NCBI GenBank assembly: GCA_048939245.1
Contig: JBHLPR010000003.1
Span: 1 to 64,000 of the forward strand
Reading direction: 5' to 3'
Source of the DNA: Promethearchaeota archaeon
GTDB lineage: Archaea; Asgardarchaeota; Hermodarchaeia; Hermodarchaeales; Hermodarchaeaceae
Length of the DNA stretch: 64,000 nucleotides
Shown: in pieces, positions 1-10,297 of the stretch
How the letters are laid out: each line of letters begins with the position of its first letter
How positions within the stretch are numbered: the stretch's first letter is position 1
Translations under genes and position numbers: made by a program
Notes under the pieces: generated by a model
Database searches by the model: none
What the model was told of the DNA's origin: nothing
The model's input: the letters and a program-made list of their open reading frames with translations, nothing else

Positions 1-2591
1 AAGGACCCCATATCTTTCAAGTCTGCAATGGAGGGCAGCTCTTTCGAGCTTCGAATAACTTGTAATGCTTCCACAACTGAATGTAAATCCGATGAAATGG
101 GCAGAGAGTGGAGATTGTAGCGACCTACGTGATCCAAAGTCGTTACGATGATGCGTTGCTTCTCCAGAAGAACATCGTAATTAATCAATATCCACCGGCG
201 ATCTGCTGGCATAAGTGCAGAGAGTTTTTGCAGCATTTTATAATCCTGTGGAATCATTCCTGTTCCGGAGTCCTGACATGCAGCAGAAATCACATTGCGG
301 TTGATGTTAATTTTTTCCATGATTTCCTTAAACTCTGTTCGAAGAGCATTTCGGCGCGTCTGATATTCTACCTCAGGTCTCCCTTTTGGTGAAAGTTGTA
401 TCAACTGGCGCTTAATTTCACTTGCTCGCTTCAAAAGGCTGATCTCTTCTTGCATTAACTTGGAAAGTTCCTTACAGCGTTCAAACCCGAGATTATCGGT
501 TAAAAATGGGTGGAGATGAGCGACTTTGCGGGGACTAGACCAATCGATAATCTGATCCACAATAAATCGCTCATTTTGTTTATGATACATCAGAGATCCA
601 AGATGGATGGCTTTTGTTAGTGCAGCTTCAACGTGCTTCCAAGGAAGTGGTAGCTGTTCTGGGGTGAAGTCAAGTGGGATATCTAATTCCCTGCCTAGGG
701 TGACTGCTCGAGTAATCGTTTGTTTGACGGAGTTAAAATCCGATGAATCTACCCGTAGGCTAGCTAGTCTGAGAAGGGTTTGAAAATATTCTTGTGGGTA
801 ATCATCTTCGCTAAAAATGGTTGCAGCTTTTTCATAATACTCCAAGGCCTTTGTCGGATCCTCTCTTTCAATTAATGGCGCAATTTCAAAGAGGAGCTTG
901 GCTTCAGTTTTGGCATCCCTCGGTGAACCTAAGGCTTCTAATGCTCCCAAAAGGGCTTCTTTTTGTAAATTCGGTTTGTCTAGTTGCTTATATGCTTCAG
1001 CTAGTTGTAAGTATGCTTCATTTTTATTAAAGCTAGGTTCGTCTCCGAAATCCTTAATGGTTTGACTCAGATATTGCGCAGCTTCTGAATACTGGGTAGT
1101 TTTCATTAATAACAAACCAAGGCTTAGTGTGGCTTCAGTTCTTAGCTCAGTGGGTAATTGTTCATCATGAATGGCTTTCTCTAATACAGCTTGGATTTGT
1201 TCCGGAGGTTGGGAGTCAAGTGATATTTGTGCCAGACTCACTCTAAGTGTGGAGACAAGAAGGGCTTTACCTTGCTCTTGTGCCAGTTTCAGCCCCTCCT
1301 GTAAAAAGTTGAGTTCTTCTTCGACTCTTTGAGATTTTTTCACGGTATTCAATAATAACTGGTATGCCCGAATTTCGAGAGATTCTTCGTTTAGGTTTTG
1401 GAGGAGTTCGATTGCCAATTTACTCTGTTCGAGCGCTTCGGTTAATTGTGAAAGCTCGAGGAACATCTCACCAACTTCAACATAGATACGTGCTTCTTGG
1501 TCCTTGCGAGCATTTTCCTGATAATAACGGATGGACTGAGTAAATTCCTGTTCAGCCTGTTTTCGCTTCCCGATTCGAAGCAGGGATTTTCCCTTGAGGA
1601 CATGGGTCTGTAATTCGCGCGCTTTTTCTTTTAACTTGGCAAATATTTCGATGGCTTTGTCAAAGAGCCGGAGCGCTCTTACATCTTGAATTAATAGTCC
1701 TAAAATTTGGGCAACAACCAAAGCCGTTTCAGCATAGGCAAGGTAGTTCTTTTGTTTTTCAAAGTATTTCAGAGCTGCTTCGCCATGAGCTAGCGCTTGT
1801 TCCGGTTGTCCTTGCTGAAGATTCAAACGTGCCTGATGATATTTACAGAGCGCTATCCCCGTATTGTCAGATGACTGAGTAAAAACGGATTGGGCTTGTT
1901 GGATCGTTGCATACACCTTATCAAGATAGCCTTCAGCTAAATAGGTGCTAGCCAAACCAAGATACGCATACGCAGTTAGTACAGGGTTCCCTGCCTTATC
2001 CCACAAGCGAATAAGCGAGGTTAGCGTTTCTTCAGTCTTTGCATGTTCATCCAAGTATTGAAGGACTTTGGCATACCCCGTTAAGGTCTCTCCTCTTAGT
2101 TCAAGGTCATCAATGTTTGAGGATAGTTTTACTGCTTCCTCGTATCGAACTGCACTCTCCCGATAATTCCCGACTCGTGCTAAACTATTCCCAATCCTGT
2201 TGAGCAGTCTAATTTGCCAAAGCACATCTCTGCTAGTATCTGGAATTTCGAGTGCTTGGGTATACGCACGATTGGCTTCCTCAAGATATCCGAGATTTTC
2301 TAACACACGACCCATGGTTAAAAGCGCTGCACGTAATGCGGGAGGATCATCGATTTCCCGTAATATTCGAACCGCCTGCGTACAACTTACTAGGGCCTCT
2401 TTCGTTTCTCCCAGTGCCATTAGGGCTTTTCCAATCTCACAGGTAACAATACCGGTTTCGCGTTTTTTCCCTTCTAACTGAAATTGCTTCTGTGCAACTT
2501 TCCACGTTTTCAATGCTTCTTTGAAGTCTTTCTTTAGATAGAACTCGCGACCAGTGTTGAAGAGCGCATCAGCATTTGGTGTTGAAGACAC
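1..2591 (-). CDS. Large TPR-repeat protein, 3' end outside window (possibly TPR-CHAT)
   Basis: Not in ORF track (no stop in window). Manual translation from GTG at 2591: MSSTPNADALFNTGREFYLKKDFKEALKTW...ALLTMGRVLENLGYLEEANRAYTQAL...LLNRIGNSLARVGNYRESAVRYEEAV (TPR helices). Same frame open at spot checks (~1020) and at window start (...LQVIRSSKELPSIADLKDMGS). Confidence 0.8.
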   Translation of the reverse strand, partial: MSSTPNADALFNTGREFYLKKDFKEALKTWKVAQKQFQLEGKKRETGIVTCEIGKALMALGETKEALVSCTQAVRILREIDDPPALRAALLTMGRVLENLGYLEEANRAYTQALEIPDTSRDVLWQIRLLNRIGNSLARVGNYRESAVRYEEAVKLSSNIDDLELRGETLTGYAKVLQYLDEHAKTEETLTSLIRLWDKAGNPVLTAYAYLGLASTYLAEGYLDKVYATIQQAQSVFTQSSDNTGIALCKYHQARLNLQQGQPEQALAHGEAALKYFEKQKNYLAYAETALVVAQILGLLIQDVRALRLFDKAIEIFAKLKEKARELQTHVLKGKSLLRIGKRKQAEQEFTQSIRYYQENARKDQEARIYVEVGEMFLELSQLTEALEQSKLAIELLQNLNEESLEIRAYQLLLNTVKKSQRVEEELNFLQEGLKLAQEQGKALLVSTLRVSLAQISLDSQPPEQIQAVLEKAIHDEQLPTELRTEATLSLGLLLMKTTQYSEAAQYLSQTIKDFGDEPSFNKNEAYLQLAEAYKQLDKPNLQKEALLGALEALGSPRDAKTEAKLLFEIAPLIEREDPTKALEYYEKAATIFSEDDYPQEYFQTLLRLASLRVDSSDFNSVKQTITRAVTLGRELDIPLDFTPEQLPLPWKHVEAALTKAIHLGSLMYHKQNERFIVDQIIDWSSPRKVAHLHPFLTDNLGFERCKELSKLMQEEISLLKRASEIKRQLIQLSPKGRPEVEYQTRRNALRTEFKEIMEKININRNVISAACQDSGTGMIPQDYKMLQKLSALMPADRRWILINYDVLLEKQRIIVTTLDHVGRYNLHSLPISSDLHSVVEALQVIRSSKELPSIADLKDMGS

Positions 2592-2862
2592 GAGAGTAAA
2601 CCTTCAGAGAATTGTTTGTTTTTCACACACAAAAGATTAGCCATTTAACCTAGTTTAATTGTGGAGATGTTTTTGTTGACAGAATCGCTTTTATTGCAGC
2701 AGCAATTAAACGATTACTATCGCTCTTAACTGTCATTAGGAAAGATATCACTGAATCATTAGAGTTTAAGCACTATATATGTCAAAACAGAAACACTATT
2801 AGTCTTTTTAAAATATCCAGGACGGTTCAACTACAAGATTAAGGCGCTGCGTTGATTAGAAA

Positions 2863-4470
2863 ATGACGGCTTCAGAAAACTCGGTGAAATTATCAAAAGA
2901 TAAGCAACGTATGCTTCGGGGTAGCATATTAATGACGCTTAGCCCCGTATCCGCGCTATTTCTTGGCATTGTTATTAGTCTATTAATCGATGCCTACATT
3001 CCACCCCAAAATTATGCAATTTATCAATGGTTTAATGTGTTTTACACACTTTTTGGCGCGCTCATTATTTTCAGATTACCCACAGCTCTTCAATATAGAA
3101 TTGCTTCTGCAAAGGGTTCAGACCACACAGAAGAGTTACAGAAGTTGATGAAAACAAACACAATTTTGGCATTAATCTTAACGCCTTTAAGTGGAATTAT
3201 TTCATTTTTAGCTATTCCTGTCCTTCTTGACCTCTTTCTTCTAAGTGGTCAATACTTCATGGTGGATGTCCTCATATGCGCCTTGGGAATTATGGCACTT
3301 ACACTTTCTACATTTGCCGTTTCTGCTTATAAAGGATTACAGGAGTTTGAAGTCGTCGGTATTGGACAATTTGTTTCAAATCTCATAGGCCAATTAGCTG
3401 TGATAATATTAATCGTGGTGGGGGTTGGATACCTCGGAATCGTCAGCTTAGGCGTTCAGGCGCTGCTTTACAAATGGATTGTTGTTGGTGTCCTAACAAC
3501 AATGATCCTGACCGTAGCTGTTCGAAAAAGTTGGACCCTAAAAGGAAGTACTTACCCCTTCAAACCACTAGTTAAGTTCGCTGCTCCACTAATCACCTCA
3601 TTCATCTTCGTGTTTATCTTTTCTGAATTACTTGTAATGCTGTTCTTGAATCCATTCCAAGAAGAACTCGGTCTTTACGGATTTGCAGTGCGGATTGCCA
3701 ATTTTGTGAATGCTCTAACCCTCGGATTCTACGGGGCTTTAAGTTCATTTTATGCTCAATCATATGGCAAGGGAGATTGCGAAAATTTGGAGAAGGATGT
3801 TGGCTGGACAATGAAGATTTCAGTCTTTCTCTTCCTTCCAATGGTAATTGGTGCTATGATTATCTCTCCAGCTATCTTCCTAATTCTCTTTCCTAATTAC
3901 TATTGGGCTTATCAGTATTTCATAATCCTGTTGTTCAAAGTCATTCTCTTCTTATTCCGTAAGCCCTATCTTGATATCATTAACGTACGAGGTAAATCTA
4001 ATCTCGTCCTAATAATTCAAGTCATCGCTTCGATGCTCAGTGGTGTACTAATGTTCCTTGCTTTCAGCTTTGGTCCCCTGATAATGGCATATGGTCTCAT
4101 TGATAATGCGTTATTATTGGTTGTGCTAGCCTATATTTTGAATAATCTATTTATCTCGATTTTCGCTGCTATTGTAATCAAACGAGATATAGGAATCAAA
4201 TTAGGGATACGCGGAGTTCTTCCACTCCTGTTAATCGGATTTCTAATAATTCCAACGGCAATGATAATCCACTTTCTATACTTGCCCCCCCTCTTAGAGC
4301 TTGCAATTATCATTCCCCTAGGTGTAATCATCTATCTTCTACCCATTCGTTATCTACGGATAATTAGTGAAAAAGAAATTAGGAAGGCTTCACAATTTCT
4401 ACCCCGACGCTTTGCTTCTTCATTTGCAAGTATCATTGTTCGCCTTTTTGTTCGAAACTCAGACAACTAA
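2863..4470 (+). CDS. Oligosaccharide flippase (Wzx/MOP superfamily)
   Basis: 535 aa, ~14 hydrophobic segments, 'ELGLYGFAVRIANFV' Wzx-like motif, next to glycosyltransferase. Confidence 0.8.
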   Translation: MTASENSVKLSKDKQRMLRGSILMTLSPVSALFLGIVISLLIDAYIPPQNYAIYQWFNVFYTLFGALIIFRLPTALQYRIASAKGSDHTEELQKLMKTNTILALILTPLSGIISFLAIPVLLDLFLLSGQYFMVDVLICALGIMALTLSTFAVSAYKGLQEFEVVGIGQFVSNLIGQLAVIILIVVGVGYLGIVSLGVQALLYKWIVVGVLTTMILTVAVRKSWTLKGSTYPFKPLVKFAAPLITSFIFVFIFSELLVMLFLNPFQEELGLYGFAVRIANFVNALTLGFYGALSSFYAQSYGKGDCENLEKDVGWTMKISVFLFLPMVIGAMIISPAIFLILFPNYYWAYQYFIILLFKVILFLFRKPYLDIINVRGKSNLVLIIQVIASMLSGVLMFLAFSFGPLIMAYGLIDNALLLVVLAYILNNLFISIFAAIVIKRDIGIKLGIRGVLPLLLIGFLIIPTAMIIHFLYLPPLLELAIIIPLGVIIYLLPIRYLRIISEKEIRKASQFLPRRFASSFASIIVRLFVRNSDN

Positions 4471-4675
4471 TCAACAAAGCGGAACCTCATCGCTAAGATA
4501 AGCTTGACCTAACAACTTATAATGGAAAGTTAGTACCAAATTATTCAATTAATCGGTTTCGTGTAATATTACACACCTAATTTCCCCTCAGACCAAAGAA
4601 CGAAGATATTTGTATTTGATTCGACGTCGAAATTGTTAAGCAAAACTTCTAGATTGAGCTTATTATGGGATTAAC

Positions 4676-5797
4676 TTGACTCGGACAATTGTTCACCTAT
4701 CGCATTCAGGATTACCAGATGCACGTATTGAACGCATTGCTACTCTTTTACAGTCTTATGGGCGACAAGTCTTTTTAGGTCCACAAGGAAAACAAACTAC
4801 TCTCCTTTCGGACTCATTCAACACCATCATTACCACGCAGGCCTTTTCGACGCCTGGAAATCTTGGGTTACCACTCGTTTATCATCGCCTTCGACGACAG
4901 ATCAACCGAATTATCCGGCGGATTAATCCTGTTTTAATTTATGCCCATAACATTATCGCTGCCAAAATCGCGTCTGACCTTTCAGTTCCTTTTGTATATG
5001 ATGATCATGAATACTGGTCACGACAAGCAACTCTTCGTCGTATTGGGCATTTTTCAGGGGCTACTAGACTCAAAAATATTGGGCGCTACTTTTTAGCTCC
5101 TCATATCTGGCGGAAATGGGAAACTCAAATTTTAGCCTCGTCAATAGCAAACATTACTGTTAGTGAAGCAATTGCACGCGAACATAGAAGACGCGGTAAA
5201 GATTGCAGCGTAATACCAAATCTTCCCCTAATGAGGGAGTTAGTTACAATAAAAACCCCTGCACTTCAATCTGGGCAACTTCGCGCTATTAGTCTAGCTT
5301 CTGATTTCCAAGGTTTTCAAGAACACCGACAACCAGGCGACAATCTGGAGGTCTGGGAAAAAGAAGGCGGAATTTTGATGGACTGGGTTGGACGACCGCC
5401 TCCACCCAATCTTAGGTGGATACGGCATCGTCGCTGGATTGAGCCCTCTCAACTTCTCCAAGTGCTTACTTCTGATTATCAGGTTGGGTTTATTCCTTGG
5501 ACGAAAAATTGGTACCATCGATACTCACTTCCTAGTAAAACTGCATGGTATGCTCACGCGGGATTGCTCTTTGTTCTTAGTTCAGATTATGCATCGCTCA
5601 TTGAGTTTCTTCCGGAAGAGGCTTATTTCGCTTTTACCAATCCTAGTGAGCTGTGTAACATTATTCGGAAGCTGCTGAGCTTCTCGCCTGATAAGATTCT
5701 TGCCCATAGAATGCGTGTTAAAGAGTGGGCAGAAAACCATGCGATTTTAGATCAGTACAAACCTATTCTTGGTAAAATAATGAACAAGGTTGAATGA
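4676..5797 (+). CDS. Glycosyltransferase, GT4/GT-B-like
   Basis: DARIER, YAHN, PFVYDDHEYW, ITVSE, VIPN motifs. Confidence 0.75.
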   Translation: MTRTIVHLSHSGLPDARIERIATLLQSYGRQVFLGPQGKQTTLLSDSFNTIITTQAFSTPGNLGLPLVYHRLRRQINRIIRRINPVLIYAHNIIAAKIASDLSVPFVYDDHEYWSRQATLRRIGHFSGATRLKNIGRYFLAPHIWRKWETQILASSIANITVSEAIAREHRRRGKDCSVIPNLPLMRELVTIKTPALQSGQLRAISLASDFQGFQEHRQPGDNLEVWEKEGGILMDWVGRPPPPNLRWIRHRRWIEPSQLLQVLTSDYQVGFIPWTKNWYHRYSLPSKTAWYAHAGLLFVLSSDYASLIEFLPEEAYFAFTNPSELCNIIRKLLSFSPDKILAHRMRVKEWAENHAILDQYKPILGKIMNKVE

Positions 5798-5885
5798 ATT
5801 GGTTAAGTGAATTACAACTCCCAACGTACTTCGACGGTAGGCTGGGTTCAGCGAGTGTGATCTTAACCATCAGGTGGGGCGTTTT

Positions 5886-6506
5886 TTAGGGTGCGTTTAA
5901 AACCAGTTTAATTGCCTCAAAAGTCTCAGCATATTGCACTCCGATTTTCAAACCGTTTGCTCTCAAAAGGCTTTTCAGATATTCTTTATCGAAATACGTC
6001 CTCTTCTGTTCAATCTGGCTTTGATAATTCCATAATGCATCAATTTTCTTTTGGATATGTTGCTCGGATAATGCTACAAAGCAGTTTTCACGAAATTCGA
6101 TATGATTCCACGGAAGTTCATATCCGAGAATCGTACTTGATTTGAAACTCCGAAGTGCTTCGTTAGTAATTGTCTGGTGATCCTGGTGTAAATCATTCGT
6201 CGAGGGTGTGAAGACTAAATCAACCGTGTTTTTTTTATTATATCTGTAGAGAATCTCGAGAATCTGTTGGCGCAATTCAGGAAAATGCCTGGCTTTGAAA
6301 TCAAAAATCTTGGAATCAGTTATTCCGAGAACGTTCAATGATTTTTGGCATTCTTTTTTCAATTGAAGGCGCGGTGCAGAAAAAGCGAAGTATGTAATAT
6401 CACTGCCCTGTTCAACGAGTTTGGCAATTGTCGCACCAGCACCTAGTTCTCCATCGTCGGTGTGCGGACTTAGAATCAATACTTTTTGGAAGAATTGTGC
6501 GTTCAT
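5886..6506 (-). CDS. PIG-L/LmbE family N-deacetylase
   Basis: SPHTDDGELG, DLHQDH, YQSQ, YAETF motifs. Confidence 0.9.
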   Translation of the reverse strand: MNAQFFQKVLILSPHTDDGELGAGATIAKLVEQGSDITYFAFSAPRLQLKKECQKSLNVLGITDSKIFDFKARHFPELRQQILEILYRYNKKNTVDLVFTPSTNDLHQDHQTITNEALRSFKSSTILGYELPWNHIEFRENCFVALSEQHIQKKIDALWNYQSQIEQKRTYFDKEYLKSLLRANGLKIGVQYAETFEAIKLVLNAP

Positions 6507-7558
6507 TCTATTCTCCTACCTCCTTTGTGAAACAGTTGATCCATATATCGCACCATCCTCCTTCCATAATCAATTTTCGTTTTATACCTTCTTACATCTT
6601 CTTCGGTGAGCTCACCAAGCGCTAGCCGGATGGCTAAGTATGGTGCAATGAGATCGGATTGATAAATAAAAGTGGAGACGCGTGGGTTGATTTCAATCAA
6701 CTTATCCTCTATGAATTGAAGGTTCACACAATAGCTAAGAGGAATGGCTTTCAGAATCACGCGTGTCTGTTCTACTAGAGCTGGCTGTTGTACTAATTGA
6801 CCGCGGACGATGACCCCCCACCGTGCCTGTTCCACCGTTTTCACTGTGGTCAATAATTCCCGACCTTCCAAAGCCAGTGTGTCCGTCGTCCGTTCCATCC
6901 CCTCAATGAACTCCATTAGCAGTAACTTGGGGAAATTGGTCTGATTTGAAAAAATAGTTTGGATTTCTTCTAAGGAGATGTATTTGCTGGTTGGTTTCTT
7001 TTCCATTAGATGCTGTCTTCGATTTACCCTTGAGTCGATGATGCGCACACCACGGCTCCCTTTACCGATATGAGGTTTGAAAATCACAGGGTTTTCTGGG
7101 TATCCTAATTTTTCAGCTGCATTAAGAAATTCGTCGAGAGAAGCCACACTAATATACCGTGGTAGGGTAATTTTGGTTTTTGAATGTAATCTTTCATACA
7201 TTCTATATTTGTTATTGGACAGCACAATGGGTTCTGGATCTGAAACAAGTACCTTCGTTCCAAAGCCTTCGATTTCTTCTTTGTTCAAGGCTAATGGGAG
7301 AACTTCATTACTTGATTCGGGGAACAATACATCCGGGCTTTCTTTTTCTATAATTTCAAGCATTCTAGGAATATACTCGGGTGAGTCTCCTGGTGGGACT
7401 TTGTAAAACCTTTTAGTTAAAAATCGTCCTACAGCTTCCTCGTCCATATCAGTTCCAATAACTTCTATAGATCGTTCTCCGTTATTTTGCAGCATGTGAA
7501 TAAGCGTCGATGCTCCCGGACACCCACATGCCGTAAGGACTACCTTTAACTTTCTCAT
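6503..7558 (-). CDS. ATP-grasp ligase (CarB-like, polysaccharide-cluster type)
   Basis: NNKY, FKPHIGKGSRG, MEFIEG, IEINPR; 4-nt overlap with deacetylase gene. Confidence 0.85.
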   Translation of the reverse strand: MRKLKVVLTACGCPGASTLIHMLQNNGERSIEVIGTDMDEEAVGRFLTKRFYKVPPGDSPEYIPRMLEIIEKESPDVLFPESSNEVLPLALNKEEIEGFGTKVLVSDPEPIVLSNNKYRMYERLHSKTKITLPRYISVASLDEFLNAAEKLGYPENPVIFKPHIGKGSRGVRIIDSRVNRRQHLMEKKPTSKYISLEEIQTIFSNQTNFPKLLLMEFIEGMERTTDTLALEGRELLTTVKTVEQARWGVIVRGQLVQQPALVEQTRVILKAIPLSYCVNLQFIEDKLIEINPRVSTFIYQSDLIAPYLAIRLALGELTEEDVRRYKTKIDYGRRMVRYMDQLFHKGGRRIE

Positions 7559-7663
7559 GCCGTTGTCAACTCAAAAATCCCAATCTAGTTGTAATTTCTC
7601 TTCTTGAGGGTAGTTATGGTCTTAATGCGTAATCGGGTTCAAGATACTTCTATTTTGCCATTC

Positions 7664-8161
7664 TTAACTTGCCTTATATTCTGTAGTAATTTTGAATAGT
7701 TCGTGGGGGATGAGGTATGGGTCTTTAGCTCTTTCAAACATGAGTGATAGGTGGTAACTGAGAACGCCTTCTGTTTGGCTCATCACTTCTCCTACGACGC
7801 GTTGCATCTCTTCTGTGGATGGAAAAGCGCCTTTTGCGTGTATGTTGTGTGCGCCTGTTACTATCCAAACCAGATAGAAATACGGGGATTTTGAAATTAC
7901 TTCTGCGACCCTTTTAGTCAAGGCCGGTTCGCATTGCACGCCCATCGTAATAAAAATGGGGAGTTCTAATTTTCCTGGGTTGATAATGACACTGTATCCT
8001 TGGATTATTCCTTGCTTCTCTAACTTGGAAATGTGGTAGCGAACAGTTGCTTCGCTAACCTTCATGAGTTTCGCAATCCGGCGGTTTGAGGCGCGGGCGT
8101 TTTGTGAAAGGAGTTTAATTAGTTTGACTTCGAAACTGGAGAAGCCTTTCTTTCGTTTCAT
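7664..8161 (-). CDS. Lrp/AsnC family transcriptional regulator
   Basis: LSQNARASNRRIAKLMKVSEATV HTH, VTGAHN RAM motif; start moved to ATG 8161 (GGTG SD 6 nt upstream). Confidence 0.9.
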   Translation of the reverse strand: MKRKKGFSSFEVKLIKLLSQNARASNRRIAKLMKVSEATVRYHISKLEKQGIIQGYSVIINPGKLELPIFITMGVQCEPALTKRVAEVISKSPYFYLVWIVTGAHNIHAKGAFPSTEEMQRVVGEVMSQTEGVLSYHLSLMFERAKDPYLIPHELFKITTEYKAS

Positions 8162-8348
8162 TATTATCACCACATCAAAATGCGAGAAAAACTGGGGACA
8201 AGTTATCGCATTTAGGGATTTAAATCTATTCTCTTTCCCTTAATTAGTTAGCGAATCGCTGAAAATACATCAAATAATGAGGTATTTGTTTCAGAAACCT
8301 TTTTAACAATACCACTAAGGGTGTGATGACTCAACTCGGTGATTCCGA

Positions 8349-9062
8349 ATGAATAATGTACCAAACACGCTCATCGAAAAAATCGAAGAAAGTAAACGAA
8401 TAATTGCTAATGCTATTGAAAAATACCCGAATATCGCGGTGGCTTGCAGTTTTGGTAAGGACAGTATGGTCGTTCTTTCATTGGCTCGTGAAGTCAAACC
8501 CGATATTCCAGTTTTCTCGATTTTAACTCCTATGAAGCCAGCAGAGACGTTCAAATTTAAGGAATTCGTTGAAGACAAATGGAAGTTGGATCTCACTGTA
8601 TACATGGCCCAAGAGGAACCAATCGAAGGTCTTTGGAAGACAGATCCTGACCGATGTTGTCAGATTTTCAAAGTGGAACCTACCCTAAGAGCACTTGACG
8701 GTTTGGACGCTTGGATAACCGGGTTGCGACGTACCGAGGGTCGTACTCGCACTGATTATGAACCGGTAGAACCCTGTAATGGCACAATGAAAATTAATCC
8801 GATTCTTGATTGGACGGAGACGGATATCTGGCGGTACACCGCAGTATATGATGTGCCTGTGAACCCCGCTTACCGGAAGGGCTATCGGAGCCTGGGCTGT
8901 TCTCCTTGCACCAAAGTCGTTGGGGATGACGAATCTGAACGGGCTGGTCGCTGGCAAGGCACTAGTAAGTGTGGCGGAGAATGCGGTATCCATACGATGC
9001 ACAAGAATGGAAATGGCGGGAAAATTGCACCCAGGAGTCAAACATGGGCCACTACCAGTTAA
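8349..9062 (+). CDS. cysH: APS/PAPS reductase (CysH family, CC...CxxC Fe-S type)
   Basis: SFGKDS, RCCQIFKVEP, TGLRR, GYRSLGCSPCT, ERAGRW, ECGIH. Confidence 0.85.
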   Translation: MNNVPNTLIEKIEESKRIIANAIEKYPNIAVACSFGKDSMVVLSLAREVKPDIPVFSILTPMKPAETFKFKEFVEDKWKLDLTVYMAQEEPIEGLWKTDPDRCCQIFKVEPTLRALDGLDAWITGLRRTEGRTRTDYEPVEPCNGTMKINPILDWTETDIWRYTAVYDVPVNPAYRKGYRSLGCSPCTKVVGDDESERAGRWQGTSKCGGECGIHTMHKNGNGGKIAPRSQTWATTS

Positions 9063-10270
9063 TTTGTCCTGCCTGTAAAACCGAATTTACAGGTTACACC
9101 CTTTCTTGCCATTGCTCAACCTTACTCCGTACTGTGTATCCTAAACCCCTTGAACCCAGATCGCTGTATGGGTTGTGGAGGTTCCTTGACTGGTTACCCT
9201 GTAAGACTCCCCTTGATACAAAGGCCGGTTCTATCACCTACAAAAGCCACGGTTTAGCGAAAGAGCTCGGACTGAAAAATCTGTATCTATCGTTTACAGG
9301 CTACTGGCCAGAGAGGAATGCTCAAAATCTTACCGGCTCGTTTAAGGACTTGGAATCTAATCCGACTGTAGCGTGGGCACGAGAGAATGGGGTTAATGCA
9401 TTAACAATTGCCTCTGCAGGAAATACCGCACGTGCGTTTGGTCATATAGCCAATCAAGTCGGATTTGATGTGTACCTCTTGGTGCCAGAATCTTATCTTG
9501 ATATGCTCTGGACCCCTGAACCACCTACAGAGAATATCCATCTCCTTGCTGTAACAGGTGATTATTTCGAAACGATTGAGATTGCCAATGAATTTTGTGA
9601 AACGAAAGGCATACAAAATGAAGGCGGTGCAAAAAATGTCGCTCGACGGGATGGAATGGGCACCGTAATGCTGGATGCAGCATTCACCATGAAACGTATG
9701 CCAAATCACTATTTTCAAGCCATCGGATCAGGTACAGGCGCAATCGCTTGCTGGGAAATGGCGTCTAGACTTCAGAATCATGGTTGGGATGGCAATCCCA
9801 TTCTTCATCTCTCCCAAAACGATCCATTCGTACCCATTTATAATGCCTGGAACGCTGGACGCCGACAAGTCCTTCCTGAAGACATGTTAAATGCAGAAGA
9901 ACGCATTAAAAACATGCATGCGGTGGTTCTGTCTAATCGTAATCCGCCCTATAGTGTTGGAGGTGGCGTTTACGATGCCTTATCAGATACTCACGGCAAT
10001 GTATATTCCATCTCGAATACCGAAGCTAGAGAAGCTGGTAAATTATTTATCGCTCTAGAAGAAATCGATATTCTCCCTGCCGCTGAAGTTGCGGTGGCAT
10101 CCCTTATCCAAGCAGTGGAATACAACAATGTATCAAAGAATGATTATATTCTTCTAAATGTCACCGGGGGCGGCTTAAATCGTATTAAAGAAGACTTTGG
10201 GTTCCATCGAATCGAACCCGAAGGGTATATCCGTGATTCAACACAGCAATTAGACAGTATCATCACCTAA
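9044..10270 (+). CDS. Cysteate synthase (PLP, threonine synthase family)
   Basis: GYWPER, GSFKDLE, ASAGNTARAF, GGAKNVARRDGMGTV, LSNRNPPY are characteristic of methanogen cysteate synthase; start at ATG 9044 after AGGAG. Confidence 0.85.
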   Translation: MGHYQLICPACKTEFTGYTLSCHCSTLLRTVYPKPLEPRSLYGLWRFLDWLPCKTPLDTKAGSITYKSHGLAKELGLKNLYLSFTGYWPERNAQNLTGSFKDLESNPTVAWARENGVNALTIASAGNTARAFGHIANQVGFDVYLLVPESYLDMLWTPEPPTENIHLLAVTGDYFETIEIANEFCETKGIQNEGGAKNVARRDGMGTVMLDAAFTMKRMPNHYFQAIGSGTGAIACWEMASRLQNHGWDGNPILHLSQNDPFVPIYNAWNAGRRQVLPEDMLNAEERIKNMHAVVLSNRNPPYSVGGGVYDALSDTHGNVYSISNTEAREAGKLFIALEEIDILPAAEVAVASLIQAVEYNNVSKNDYILLNVTGGGLNRIKEDFGFHRIEPEGYIRDSTQQLDSIIT

Positions 10271-10297
10271 GAAAACGTAAAATTAAGATTTCGATGG

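Noticed and set aside
108-2481. Short plus-strand ORFs at 108, 821, 2200 and 2252, and similar short overlapping ORFs across the window
   Set aside because: Antisense or off-frame shadows of longer, motif-supported genes
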